In this document: positions 1 to 10,165 of the stretch, one piece after another
How the letters are laid out: each line of letters starts with the position of its first letter
Numbering within the stretch: the first letter of the stretch is position 1
DNA from: a virus
Reading direction: 5' to 3' (one strand)
Virus record (IMG/VR): IMGVR_UViG_3300042888_000931
Span: 26,068-90,067 of that record
Length of the DNA: 64,000 nt
Notes under the pieces: model-generated
The model's database searches: none
Seen by the model: only the letters and a program-made list of their open reading frames with translations
Told to the model about the DNA's origin: nothing
Translations under genes and position numbers: made by a program

Positions 1-926
1 GAAATGTTATTATTAAAAAACTTTCTTATGCATCACAGGCATTGAATGAATCTGATGCCAGCCCAATTGGAACAAGGTTTGGAACTCCTATTTATCCTTA
101 TACAAAAACAGGAATATATTATGACTTCAAAAAACAAAATCCGTTTTCAATATATAATGGCTCATCTTCCTATTTGTATTTGACTAAAACAAGTGGAATA
201 CAGGTGAGAGGAAAACATGATCCTCTAGTAAACAGGGGTCTTTTAATTCCAATCAATAGCAGCAGAGCAAATGACTTTAAGGCAATTGCAATGCAGATGG
301 CAATTAGATTTGATGGAGAGTACTTCCCTTACGCACCTACACAAATATTTGAAATAGAAAGCAAAGATTCATACATAAAGTTCTACATGGTTGCAAGTGA
401 CCCAAGTGGAAGAAGAGCAAAAATTTATGCAATTGATGCAAAGACTGGCCTAGTCCAGAATGGTATAGGTTTTTATTGGAACGGAAAGATTGTTAAAGAG
501 CCAGTGCTGAGTCTTCAGGAGTGGGGATTCTTGGGTATAAGTTTTGCAGATAGCCTAGTGTTCTCATCTTTCGAGGGGGCCATAAGATTAACAGGGCCAC
601 TACTATTTAATAGCATTTCATATTACCAGTCAACAAACCTGCAGGAGGTTCAGAACGTTTCAGACAGACCCTGGTTTAGAGTAAAGGTATTGTCTGGGTC
701 TGTCCTAGATTGGGAGTTTTGGGATTCTCCTTCATTTAACTGGAATAAGGTTCTTGTTTTGGCAGAAACTAGTTATTATGGTGTCAATCCAGCAGAGGTT
801 TATAAGAGTTATACAGGAACCAATAAGTTGATTGTAGGGGATGATATACCTGTATCGTTAAAGAATTACGGATATTCTGTATATACGGATGTTAACTGGG
901 TCAAATACGTTGTCGATCCAGTTTAA
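1..926 (+). CDS. C-terminal part of a large virion structural protein (5' end outside window)
   Basis: Frame open from the window edge; beta-rich aromatic composition; lies upstream of the portal. Confidence 0.55.
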   Translation, partial: NVIIKKLSYASQALNESDASPIGTRFGTPIYPYTKTGIYYDFKKQNPFSIYNGSSSYLYLTKTSGIQVRGKHDPLVNRGLLIPINSSRANDFKAIAMQMAIRFDGEYFPYAPTQIFEIESKDSYIKFYMVASDPSGRRAKIYAIDAKTGLVQNGIGFYWNGKIVKEPVLSLQEWGFLGISFADSLVFSSFEGAIRLTGPLLFNSISYYQSTNLQEVQNVSDRPWFRVKVLSGSVLDWEFWDSPSFNWNKVLVLAETSYYGVNPAEVYKSYTGTNKLIVGDDIPVSLKNYGYSVYTDVNWVKYVVDPV

Positions 927-944
927 TATGGTATACTTATGGAT

Positions 945-1331
945 ATGGATTCCTTAATAAACCCAAAAACTGGTGAACCGATTGTAAAGAATGTAAGACG
1001 ACAGGTCATTGAAAAGAACTATGACTGGGGCCTTTATGTGTACAAGAAGGCAAATGGCAAATGGTTTACAGATGGGAACGGCTCTGTGCTTAATATTCCT
1101 TCAGATAAAAACGATATTTCTAGAATGGCAGAATTAAAAAAGACTGCAATGTATTATGGAGATCCAGGAGATGGCACATGCGTGTTTGTTCCAGGACTAA
1201 CAAGAGTTTCTGAAGAAGAGTATTCTGAGCAAGTTGATAGGCTAAATGCTGGACTTATCCCTTCTCTAAATGACCTTGGAGCAGTACAAGCAGCCAAAGA
1301 CACTATTGCTAAATATGGGGATGAGGAGTAA
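945..1331 (+). CDS. hypothetical protein, probably leaderless
   Basis: ORF 939-1331; TGGTATACT ends at 937, which puts the expected TSS near the ATG at 945. Confidence 0.6.
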   Translation: MDSLINPKTGEPIVKNVRRQVIEKNYDWGLYVYKKANGKWFTDGNGSVLNIPSDKNDISRMAELKKTAMYYGDPGDGTCVFVPGLTRVSEEEYSEQVDRLNAGLIPSLNDLGAVQAAKDTIAKYGDEE

Positions 1332-1333
1332 TC

Positions 1334-2926
1334 ATGGAAGACAACGATTATGAAATCTACGCAAGAATTGATGATCCAATAAAGAAGGATGACACATTCT
1401 CAAAGTCAGATCCATTTAGTGGTAACTGGGATACACTAAAATCTCTTGACGGACTAGAAGCAAATTTTAAAAGACGCATCAGCAGATCTTCAACTAAAAT
1501 GGTTGAACCAACAACACAATATACAACTGCAGCACTTGCTGGAAAAAGCGGTATTGATGGAGCACAATCAAAAGAGATCAACCCAGGACTAGTATATGTA
1601 AACGGCTATGGAATGTTCGATGTCATTACACCACCATGGAACCTTTATGAATTAGCAAACTACTACGATACTTCATTTGCAAACCACGCAGCAATTGATG
1701 CTAAGGTAGAGAACATCGTTGGTCTTGGTTATGAGTTCAAGGTTTCTCAAAGAACAATGATGAGACTTGAGTCATCAGAAGATAACAGTGCAACACAGAA
1801 GGCAAGAAAAAGAATTGAAAGAACAAAGATTGAAGCAAGAGACTGGCTAGAGTCACTTAATGACGATGACTCATTTACAGCCACAATGGAAAAGGTTTAC
1901 ACAGACCTACAGTCAACTGGAAATGGTTATCTTGAAATTGGAAGAACAACTCGTGGAGAAATTGGATACGTTGGACACATACCATCAACAACCATGCGAG
2001 TACGAAGACTGAAAGATGGTTATGTACAAATCATTGGAAATAAGATTGTTTACTTCCGTAACTTTGGGGCAAAGAATCAAAATCCACTAACAACAGATGC
2101 TAGACCAAACGAGATTATTCACTTTAAGCAGTACTCACCTCTCAACACATTCTACGGAGTGCCAGACATCATGTCGGCTATCAACTCACTTCATGGAGAC
2201 TCACTTGCTTCACAATACAATATTGACTACTTTGCAAACAAGGCAGTTCCAAGATACGTTGTAACACTAAAGGGTGCAAAACTTTCTGGAGATGCAGAAG
2301 ATAAGATGTTCCGATTCTTGCAGACAAATCTCAGAGGGCAGTCACACAGAACGCTATATATTCCACTTCCAGGTGATAGCGAAAATAACAAAGTCGAATT
2401 TAAGATGGAGCCCATCGAAGACGGTATACAGGACGGCTCATTTAAAGAGTATCGTAAGCAAAACCGTGATGATATCCTAGTAGCACATCAGGTGCCACTG
2501 TCTAAACTTGGAGGTGGCGATTCTGGTTCTATTGCAGCAGCACTTGCACAGGATCGCACCTTTAAGGAGCAGGTTGCAAGACCAGCACAGAGACAACTTG
2601 AAAAGATGATCAACAAGATTATTCGTGAAAAGACAGATATCATTGAGTTTGTATTTAACGAGTTGACACTGACAGATGAAATTGCACAGTCTCAAATTCT
2701 TGAAAGATACGTTAAGAATCAGATCATGACTCCTAACGAGGCAAGAGTTGTTTTGGACATGCCACAAAGAGATGGTGGTGATGAGGTCCTAGACCTTAAA
2801 CCAGAAGCAGCAGCAGAGGCAACTACTACAAGAGCCAGAGATGCTGAAAGAACAAACAACAACTCTGACAGTTCATCGACTGTCGCTGGACGAAACCCAA
2901 AGGGTGAAGGAAGAAAAACTCCTTAA
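1334..2926 (+). CDS. portal protein
   Basis: 530 aa; TGNGYLEI, EIIHFK..YGVP and MTPNEAR motifs typical of HK97/PBSX-like portals; head-module position. Confidence 0.9.
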   Translation: MEDNDYEIYARIDDPIKKDDTFSKSDPFSGNWDTLKSLDGLEANFKRRISRSSTKMVEPTTQYTTAALAGKSGIDGAQSKEINPGLVYVNGYGMFDVITPPWNLYELANYYDTSFANHAAIDAKVENIVGLGYEFKVSQRTMMRLESSEDNSATQKARKRIERTKIEARDWLESLNDDDSFTATMEKVYTDLQSTGNGYLEIGRTTRGEIGYVGHIPSTTMRVRRLKDGYVQIIGNKIVYFRNFGAKNQNPLTTDARPNEIIHFKQYSPLNTFYGVPDIMSAINSLHGDSLASQYNIDYFANKAVPRYVVTLKGAKLSGDAEDKMFRFLQTNLRGQSHRTLYIPLPGDSENNKVEFKMEPIEDGIQDGSFKEYRKQNRDDILVAHQVPLSKLGGGDSGSIAAALAQDRTFKEQVARPAQRQLEKMINKIIREKTDIIEFVFNELTLTDEIAQSQILERYVKNQIMTPNEARVVLDMPQRDGGDEVLDLKPEAAAEATTTRARDAERTNNNSDSSSTVAGRNPKGEGRKTP

Positions 2927-2978
2927 TGTCCAATTTGTCCACAATGTGATACTTATATAAAACGGAGGGTATAATATA

Positions 2979-4316
2979 ATGGTGAGCAATATATCCAAGG
3001 CCCATTGGAACTCAGATGGGGAAAATTTACGTCTTTCCATGCCACTTACTAAGGTGGACAAGGAGCGTAGAGTTGTTTCTGGATTTGCATCTTTAGACAA
3101 TGTTGATAAGCAGGATGACATTGTAACAGCAGAAGCATCAATGGAGGCTTTTGCAAAATTCCGAGGGAACATTAGAGAAATGCATCAGCCACTAGCAGTA
3201 GGCAAGATGGTATCATTCAAAGCAGATAAGTATTTTGATCCAGAATCAAAGAAGTTTTATAACGGAGTATTTGTATCAGCATATGTTTCAAAGGGTGCAC
3301 AAGATACTTGGGAAAAAGTTCTAGATGGAACACTAACTGGTTTTTCTATTGGTGGACGTATGAACAAGTGGGATGAAGGGTTTGACGAGAAGTCAGACAA
3401 GGCAATTAGAATTATTAAGCAATATGATTTGATTGAGTTGAGTCTTGTAGATTCCCCAGCAAATCAATTTGCAAACATTGTATCTGTTGAAAAGGTTGAC
3501 GGAGTAGATGTTATTAAGGGTGACGAAACAGTTTTAGAGAATGTTTTTTATGATAAGGAATCAGGTCTCGTAATGGTTTCAGAAAATGAGTCAGAGGTAA
3601 GCCCAACTACTGGTGAGCAAATGGAAAACATAGGTTTCGTTGAAAAAACGGATAATGAAAAGACAGACATGATAAAATTCTTAGTTGATAGTGCTAAAGG
3701 CATTAATACTTCTAAGATTAACAAGGAGGTACAACCTATGACAAAATCAAAAACACAAGTTGAAAAGACAGACGTAATTGAAGATGTTGTGGTCGCTCCA
3801 GAGGCAGATGCAGCAGTTGCAGAGGTTACTGAAGAAATTACAAAGGCAGAAGAGACAGAAACAACAGAGGTTGTTGAAGTTGAGAAGGCACTTGTAGATA
3901 TCAACGGAGAGGCACCAGTTGCCGACTCAGTTGAAGCAGTAACAGAAGCAGTTGTAGAAGTATCTAAGTCAGAAGAGGTAATTGCAGAAGCAGTTACTGA
4001 AATGAAGAATACTCTAGAATCAGCCTTTAGCGATCTAGTGTCAACAGTAAAGTCTTTGCAAGCAGAAGTAGAACTTCTTAAGTCTTCAAAGGTCGATGTT
4101 GATACAGTAAAGGATTCATTTGCAGCAGTTGCAAAAGATATTGCAGCAGTATCAAATGAGTTTAATGAATTTGGAAAACGAGTAGACGCTGTGGAAGCAG
4201 ACACCGCATTCCGAAAGTCTGGAGATATCGGCGATATCTTTCAGAATCAACCTGAAACGGTTGAAAAATCCCTATGGGGCGGTAGTTTCCTCAAAACAGC
4301 CGATCTATTCAAATGA
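2979..4316 (+). CDS. prohead protease fused to acidic coiled-coil scaffold
   Basis: VSGFAS..D.Q.D, REMHQ, GFSIGG and ELSLVDSPAN motifs of HK97-family proteases; E/V/A-rich C-terminal half. Confidence 0.88.
   Translation: MVSNISKAHWNSDGENLRLSMPLTKVDKERRVVSGFASLDNVDKQDDIVTAEASMEAFAKFRGNIREMHQPLAVGKMVSFKADKYFDPESKKFYNGVFVSAYVSKGAQDTWEKVLDGTLTGFSIGGRMNKWDEGFDEKSDKAIRIIKQYDLIELSLVDSPANQFANIVSVEKVDGVDVIKGDETVLENVFYDKESGLVMVSENESEVSPTTGEQMENIGFVEKTDNEKTDMIKFLVDSAKGINTSKINKEVQPMTKSKTQVEKTDVIEDVVVAPEADAAVAEVTEEITKAEETETTEVVEVEKALVDINGEAPVADSVEAVTEAVVEVSKSEEVIAEAVTEMKNTLESAFSDLVSTVKSLQAEVELLKSSKVDVDTVKDSFAAVAKDIAAVSNEFNEFGKRVDAVEADTAFRKSGDIGDIFQNQPETVEKSLWGGSFLKTADLFK
3738..4316 (+). CDS. nested in-frame scaffold protein (internal start)
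   Basis: AAGGAGG SD 8 nt before an in-frame ATG at 3738, at the protease/acidic-domain boundary. Confidence 0.6.
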   Translation: MTKSKTQVEKTDVIEDVVVAPEADAAVAEVTEEITKAEETETTEVVEVEKALVDINGEAPVADSVEAVTEAVVEVSKSEEVIAEAVTEMKNTLESAFSDLVSTVKSLQAEVELLKSSKVDVDTVKDSFAAVAKDIAAVSNEFNEFGKRVDAVEADTAFRKSGDIGDIFQNQPETVEKSLWGGSFLKTADLFK

Positions 4317-4339
4317 ACAAATCACTAGGAGGTGACAAT

Positions 4340-5473
4340 ATGTCAGAAGAAATAATCAAAAACCAGCCAGGCGAGAGTGCAAATCTAGGAGGAACAACTC
4401 CAGGTCTGTACCAAGGCCAAGGTGCTTTCGCATCAGGTGGAATTGGTGGAGTAAGTAACCCAGGTGCAGATACACTTGGAAATATTCCAACAGCAACTCT
4501 TGGATCTACAAGCGGAGCAAACGCTGTTAACCCTAGTGGTTCAGCGGCTTCTGGAATTTTGCGCCCTGAGCAGGCACGTCGTTTTATCGACTATGTTTGG
4601 GACGCAACAGTATTAGCAAAGGATGGCCGTCGTGTAACAATGAAGGCTAACTCAATGGAACTTGAGAAGGTAAACGTCGGTGAGCGTGTAATTCGTGCAG
4701 CAGCGCAAGCAGTTGGTAACTACACAAACACAGGTGCAACATTCTCTAAGGTCGAACTTACTACCAAGAAGATTCGTCTTGATTGGGAAGTAACAGCAGA
4801 ATCATTGGAAGATGGTGTAGAAGGTGACGCTCTAGAAGATCACTTGGTACGCTTGATGACCAACGCATTCGCAAATGATATCGAAGATCTCGCTATCAAT
4901 GGTGATGGTGCAACAGGAGCATTCTTGTCAATCATGCCAGGCTTTATCAACAAGGTAAAGACAAACGGAGATGCACATGAGTCAGTAGTGACCGTAGCAG
5001 ATAATGCTTGGACACCTGATGTAATGCAGGGCATCATCAATGCAATGCCACGTAAGTATCGTGCACTTAAGAACAATCTTAAGTTCTACGCAGGTACAGA
5101 TGCATTCGGTGGAATCGTTAAGAACAACGGTACACTTGCTGATGCAGTAGCAGAAGCATTTGCTGGACAGGTCCCAGGATCAACCCAGGCAAACCGCCAG
5201 TCATACCTTGATGGTATCGGACAGACATTCGGTGGAGCACGTACAACACGTGTTCTCGGAATTGAAGTTCAGGAAGTTCCTTACTACCCAGCAGGCTATA
5301 TCGATTTGACATTCCCTGCAAACCGTGTATGGGGATTCCAGAGAGATATCACTGTAAACCGTGAGTACGTAGCGAAGAAGGATACAATTGAATACACTGT
5401 ATTCGTTCGCTTCGGTATCAACTGGGAAGAAGAGGATGCAATCGCATTCGCTGACGCTGCTTCAGATTCATAA
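4340..5473 (+). CDS. major capsid protein
   Basis: AGGAGG SD; G.LRPEQARRFID and DIEDLAINGD motifs of HK97-fold capsids; follows the scaffold. Confidence 0.9.
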   Translation: MSEEIIKNQPGESANLGGTTPGLYQGQGAFASGGIGGVSNPGADTLGNIPTATLGSTSGANAVNPSGSAASGILRPEQARRFIDYVWDATVLAKDGRRVTMKANSMELEKVNVGERVIRAAAQAVGNYTNTGATFSKVELTTKKIRLDWEVTAESLEDGVEGDALEDHLVRLMTNAFANDIEDLAINGDGATGAFLSIMPGFINKVKTNGDAHESVVTVADNAWTPDVMQGIINAMPRKYRALKNNLKFYAGTDAFGGIVKNNGTLADAVAEAFAGQVPGSTQANRQSYLDGIGQTFGGARTTRVLGIEVQEVPYYPAGYIDLTFPANRVWGFQRDITVNREYVAKKDTIEYTVFVRFGINWEEEDAIAFADAASDS

Positions 5474-5494
5474 TCTGTAAACAGTACCTTTAAT

Positions 5495-5527
5495 GGGGGG
5501 CGGGAGTTCACTCTCCTGTCCCCCTTA
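5495..5527 (+). terminator. GC-rich hairpin, likely terminator after capsid gene
   Basis: GGGGGGCGGGAG-TTCA-CTCTCCTGTCCCCC then TTAA. Confidence 0.6.
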
Positions 5528-5563
5528 ATACTTTAATGATATAATACAAACAAGGAGGATACA

Positions 5564-6010
5564 ATGGAAAATAATGATTACAACAAGCCATTTTCAGTAG
5601 AAAATGTAGAAGAGCCAGCACACGTTGAAGCCCCAGTGGTCGAGACACCAGCAGAGCCAGTAGTAGAGCCAGTCGTAGAGCCAGTAGTTGAGGCACCAGT
5701 TGAGGTAGCAGTCGAATCACCAGTTGTCGAAGCACCACCAGCAGAAGAGCCAGTTCAATCACTAGGATTTACAGAAACAGGTGCTATTGGATCAATGGCA
5801 GCAGATGGTCCAAAGAAAGATATTAAGCCAGAACTAGGCCTTGCAGACAAGGTTGCTATCTACTCAACAAGCAATGTTCGTTGGGAAGAAGCAAATGGAG
5901 CAATCTACAAGGGTGTTAATATTGTAACAAAAGACCAAGCAGACAAGTGGCTAACTCGTTCACATGTTCGCATCGCAACACCCGAAGAAGTCCAAAAGGT
6001 TTTAGGGTAA
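5564..6010 (+). CDS. hypothetical head-associated protein with Pro/Glu/Val-rich N-terminus
   Basis: TGATATAAT promoter and AAGGAGG SD; EPVV repeats. Confidence 0.65.
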   Translation: MENNDYNKPFSVENVEEPAHVEAPVVETPAEPVVEPVVEPVVEAPVEVAVESPVVEAPPAEEPVQSLGFTETGAIGSMAADGPKKDIKPELGLADKVAIYSTSNVRWEEANGAIYKGVNIVTKDQADKWLTRSHVRIATPEEVQKVLG

Positions 6011-6016
6011 TTTAGC

Positions 6017-6913
6017 ATGGAGATATTGAGAGTTTCGCCATATGCAGAAGTACCTGCTAATTTTGTAATTCCTGCGGGGATTGTAGATGCAGATATAACT
6101 GTTACCATAACGGATATGGCGGACCTTTCAATTTCAACATCAACATTTACAGAGTCTTCTTCTGGAGAAACATTAGAGATTTCTTTGCCAGGAAAATATG
6201 ACTCTTCATACAGAGTTGAGATTGTCAAAGATCTTGGAACATCAGATGAGCAAATTTTACAAGATGAGACATACGAGATAGTTAGACCGTATATTGATCC
6301 ATCAACAAAAGCAACAACAGCATCAGACATCGCAGCCTATGCATTAAATGAGGAAATTGCTAGAGCAATTATTGACTCAATAATCCCAGAAGGATTTTAT
6401 TATAAGAAAAAAGTTTTACATTTTACAGGAACAGGTGCCGACTATCTTCCAATCTGGGACGATGTTAAAAAAGTTTTAGCGGTATATGAAAACAATAAGT
6501 TAGTAGAAGATAGACAATACGAAGTATCATCAGACAAGACGGCGATTATAGAAAAGTCTTCTGATAACATCAATCGTGCAGAGTCTTCTCCACTAGTTTT
6601 ACCAGCAGCAGCATCAGATTCTTTGGACCCACAGTTTGTATATAGAGGGTTTGGCAAAACATGGGACTACCTAATAACTGTTGAGTATGGATATACAACA
6701 GTTCCATCAGACATTATCAGAGCAACAGAGATGCTAGTCCACGATTTAGAGTGTGGAAAGTTAGATTATTACAAGAGATTTATTTCTTCTTACAACACAG
6801 ATCAATACAGAATTCAGTTTGATAAGGGTCTTTTCGAAGGAACAGGAAATATAATTGTAGACAAGATACTTTCTAAGTATGCTAAGTCTATTACAAAACT
6901 TGGGGTGTTGTAA
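6017..6913 (+). CDS. head-tail adaptor/connector protein
   Basis: ITVEYGY..VPSDI..A motif; position after capsid. Confidence 0.65.
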   Translation: MEILRVSPYAEVPANFVIPAGIVDADITVTITDMADLSISTSTFTESSSGETLEISLPGKYDSSYRVEIVKDLGTSDEQILQDETYEIVRPYIDPSTKATTASDIAAYALNEEIARAIIDSIIPEGFYYKKKVLHFTGTGADYLPIWDDVKKVLAVYENNKLVEDRQYEVSSDKTAIIEKSSDNINRAESSPLVLPAAASDSLDPQFVYRGFGKTWDYLITVEYGYTTVPSDIIRATEMLVHDLECGKLDYYKRFISSYNTDQYRIQFDKGLFEGTGNIIVDKILSKYAKSITKLGVL

Positions 6914-7362
6914 TGACAGTTTGCGAAACTCCAGACTTCATGTTTCCAATGCAGGCCTCTCTTTATCACCCAATCATTGAGCAGGGTGACTTTGGAGCAA
7001 TTAAAAAACAATGGGTTTTAGATAGAACCTTTGCCTGTAGTTTTTCATCAGGTGGATCAGCATTCAAAGAGGATGTAAAGCCAAATGTTAACATTACTCA
7101 GAACTCACTACTGGTCGGAAGAACAAAATCAGACATAAGAATATCTTCAAGAGACAATAAAAATGCACTAACAAACATATTAATAACGGATATCAAAGAC
7201 CAAGAAGGAAATCTAATATACATGGAAACCTCTGGCGTTAGATCTGGAAAGCCAACTCTTTTTGAAATAGCAACATGCGAACCATTCGTAGGCCCTTTCG
7301 GAGTTGTAGAGTCATTTAAGTTAGTTATTAGAAGATCAGAAAATCAATCAGGTGACCTATGA
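6913..7362 (+). CDS. putative head-closure protein
   Basis: Size, synteny and translational coupling. Confidence 0.5.
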   Translation: MTVCETPDFMFPMQASLYHPIIEQGDFGAIKKQWVLDRTFACSFSSGGSAFKEDVKPNVNITQNSLLVGRTKSDIRISSRDNKNALTNILITDIKDQEGNLIYMETSGVRSGKPTLFEIATCEPFVGPFGVVESFKLVIRRSENQSGDL

Positions 7363-8033
7363 AACCAGTATACAATTCTAAGAAGTTTAAAAAAGAAATG
7401 AACAACATTATGAACTACTCTATTGGTTTCTTGGACGGTGTTCAAAGAGGAAAGACTCCATTCTTAAGATCTTTAGGAGCACAAACCGTAGAAGTAATGA
7501 AGCAGTTTGTGGACTCAAATGCAAGGGTAAATCCAGAGATGCTTCACCATATATACGAGTGGAACAGAACAGGAAGCCCAGGGGCAAGACTATACGACAT
7601 AGAGTTTACAACTAGTAATATCGGACTATCTTTTAAATCATCTTTCCGTCAATCATCATCAATCAAGGATGGATCGAAGGTTCCTTTCTACGACAAAGCA
7701 AGAATTATTGAAAGCGGAGCCTCTGTATTAATTAAGCCAAGAACTTCAGAGGTTTTGGCTTTTGAAGAAAATGGAGAAACTGTGTTTACAAAAAAGCCAA
7801 TTAAGATTAGTAACCCTGGAGGAGAAGAAGCACAGGGTGGATTTGAAAAAACACTAGATCTATTCTTTAATAGATATTTTTCACAATCATTCTTGAGAAC
7901 TAGTGGAGTTGCAAAGTATCTTGAAAACCCACAGGTATATAAAAAGAATTTAAGAGCAGGGAAAGCAAGAGGAAGAAGCAAGGGCGTTTCAGTAGGATAC
8001 GTCTGGGTTGCTAATGCTGGAGTAGGTGCATAA
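7359..8033 (+). CDS. putative neck/tail-completion protein
   Basis: Basic 224-aa protein; synteny; ATGA overlap. Confidence 0.5.
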   Translation: MKPVYNSKKFKKEMNNIMNYSIGFLDGVQRGKTPFLRSLGAQTVEVMKQFVDSNARVNPEMLHHIYEWNRTGSPGARLYDIEFTTSNIGLSFKSSFRQSSSIKDGSKVPFYDKARIIESGASVLIKPRTSEVLAFEENGETVFTKKPIKISNPGGEEAQGGFEKTLDLFFNRYFSQSFLRTSGVAKYLENPQVYKKNLRAGKARGRSKGVSVGYVWVANAGVGA

Positions 8034-8644
8034 TGGCAGCAGCAATTCATCATCCACCAACAATTATTAATGCTTACTTAGCAGCCAAGATTGGTCCAAG
8101 TTTTGGTTCCTCTGGAACTACATACTTTTTCCCTACACTTCCTACCCAAATAGACGATCTCATAAACACGTTTCCTCAGAGTAACGGTGTCTTTGGAGTA
8201 TACGACAGAATGTTCAAGATGAGAAGAGAGGCTTTTCCATACATTAAGTGTGAGCAACTCTTATATTATTTTTATTCTGTAGGTGAGGATGCACAAAAGA
8301 ATATGATAATTACTCAGCAAGAGATAAGTGATCTGCTTGATAATGGTGATGACTCAGCAAAAGACCTAAATGAGTGGGCTGCAGCAAACATAGACTACGA
8401 AACAATAGACTCCAAGCCATGCTTCTTTCATAACTTCAAGATCTATCAATTAGAAGAGACACGAGATATTGTTGACTTTGCCACAGCCCGTACTTATGCG
8501 GGTAACAAGATAATTATTGACTATGACTGGCACCCAGAATATGTTTACCAGGGTGCCCCATGTGAAAAAATAGGCATTGTAAAAGGTAGTTTTACTTGCA
8601 TAAAGACAGATGAAAATAAGTTAGTCTGGGATAAAAACACCTAA
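8033..8644 (+). CDS. putative tail terminator protein
   Basis: Directly before the major tail gene. Confidence 0.45.
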   Translation: MAAAIHHPPTIINAYLAAKIGPSFGSSGTTYFFPTLPTQIDDLINTFPQSNGVFGVYDRMFKMRREAFPYIKCEQLLYYFYSVGEDAQKNMIITQQEISDLLDNGDDSAKDLNEWAAANIDYETIDSKPCFFHNFKIYQLEETRDIVDFATARTYAGNKIIIDYDWHPEYVYQGAPCEKIGIVKGSFTCIKTDENKLVWDKNT

Positions 8645-8710
8645 TAAAAAGCCTGTATAATTAAGGTGAGGAAACAACCCCCTTTTAATAAAATGAAAGA
8701 GGTGAGATAT

Positions 8711-9364
8711 ATGGCATACAGCCGTGGTTCAAGTAGTAACATCATCGTGGGTGCAGCAGCACTATTTACGCATGATGCAGGTCCAATCGGACTAGATGAG
8801 GACGGAAAGATTACCGATGCTCAAGCAGCAACAGATCTTCCACCGTTAACAGCATCAGCAACATCATACAAGACAACATTGTCAGCAGACAATGCATACA
8901 CAAATATCGGTTACACATCAAATGGTCTAGAACTAGCGTTCGAACCAGATTTTGGTGAAGTAGCGGTAGATCAACTTCTCGACGTTGCTCGTTTATTCAA
9001 GCAAGGTATGACAGTTAACCTAAATACATCTTTCGCAGAGGCAACACTAGAAAACCTTCTAGTAGCAATTGCAGCAGATGAAGACGATCTATCTCCAGAG
9101 GCCCTAGGTCTTCAGACAATGAACATGTCAGCAGGAGATATTGGCGACGTTCCACTAGAGCGTGGTCTAGTAGCAGTAGGACCAGGTTCTGGTTCTTCAG
9201 CAGATCCAAAGGAAAGAATCTATGTTGCATACCGTGCACTCTCAATCGAGAGCGTAACAGTATCAGCAAAGCGTGATGAGGCTTCAATGTTTGAAGTATC
9301 ATTCCGTCTTCTTCCAAACGATGACGCATCATACGGTAAGATCGTAGATCGTTCACTCGCATAA
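8711..9364 (+). CDS. major tail tube protein
   Basis: GAGGTG SD; NIIVGAA, IGYTSNGLEL and EATLENL motifs of siphovirus tail tubes. Confidence 0.8.
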   Translation: MAYSRGSSSNIIVGAAALFTHDAGPIGLDEDGKITDAQAATDLPPLTASATSYKTTLSADNAYTNIGYTSNGLELAFEPDFGEVAVDQLLDVARLFKQGMTVNLNTSFAEATLENLLVAIAADEDDLSPEALGLQTMNMSAGDIGDVPLERGLVAVGPGSGSSADPKERIYVAYRALSIESVTVSAKRDEASMFEVSFRLLPNDDASYGKIVDRSLA

Positions 9365-9379
9365 TACAACTTAATACAT

Positions 9380-9416
9380 GAGAGGCTCAATCCTTCGGGG
9401 TTGGGCCTTTCTGTTT
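9380..9416 (+). terminator. intrinsic terminator with C(UUCG)G tetraloop
   Basis: GAGAGGCTCAATCC-TTCG-GGGTTGGGCCTTTC then TGTTT. Confidence 0.75.
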
Positions 9417-9430
9417 GGTATACTTATATA

Positions 9431-10111
9431 ATGGCAACAAGCATATATCAAAAACGAAAGTTCTATTTTGTAGATAGGACAGAGATTTCTGCGGGACCCC
9501 TTAAGATAAAATATCTTAGAGATTTTCTAGAAACCTTTGAACCAATTAAAGAAGCAAAAACAGATAGCGAATCAATAACTATTTTAGTTGACTGTGCACT
9601 AATTGCAATGAAGCAGTATGCTCCACACATAAAGACAATAGAAGATCTTGAGGACAACCTAGACCTTCCTACAATCTATGAGGTTTTAGATATTGCAGCA
9701 GGTATTAAGATTAATTCAAAATCAGAAGAACCAGTAAAATCTCAAGCCGTAGAAAGCGGATCATCATGGGAAACTCTAGACTTGGCAAAACTAGAGTCAG
9801 AAGTATTTGTTCTTGGAATATGGAAAGACTATGAGGAACTAGAGCAGTCTTTATCTATGCCAGAGTTAACTGCAACGCTTGAAATAAAAAGAGAACTAGA
9901 GTATAACGATAAAAAGTTTTTTGCTGCAATGAAGGGTATTGATTTAGACAAGAAATCAGGCAAGGGAAATGAATGGGAAGACATGAAAGCCAGGGTATTT
10001 AGCAAGGGCAAGGCAACAGATGGAAGCGACATTATGGCTTTACAGGGCAAGAATGCACAGAGGGCTGGTTTTGGAATAGGAAATGGACTCTCTTACGAGG
10101 TTTACGAATAG
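9431..10111 (+). CDS. tail assembly chaperone, long (G-T-like) form
   Basis: Between tail tube and tape measure; N-terminal ~100 aa paralogous to 10166-10489; C-terminal W...EELE.SLS.PEL region resembles T-type domains; TATACT 9419-24 then ATG. Confidence 0.65.
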   Translation: MATSIYQKRKFYFVDRTEISAGPLKIKYLRDFLETFEPIKEAKTDSESITILVDCALIAMKQYAPHIKTIEDLEDNLDLPTIYEVLDIAAGIKINSKSEEPVKSQAVESGSSWETLDLAKLESEVFVLGIWKDYEELEQSLSMPELTATLEIKRELEYNDKKFFAAMKGIDLDKKSGKGNEWEDMKARVFSKGKATDGSDIMALQGKNAQRAGFGIGNGLSYEVYE

Positions 10112-10165
10112 CCAAAAATAAGCCTGCACTATGGTATAATTGACTAAACCTTATAAGGAGGACAG

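Noticed and set aside
3548-4204. Long antisense ORFs (also 13543-14070, 41948-42475, 44083-44502, 46679-47167)
   Set aside because: Shadow frames of biased or low-complexity sense genes, with no start signals or motifs
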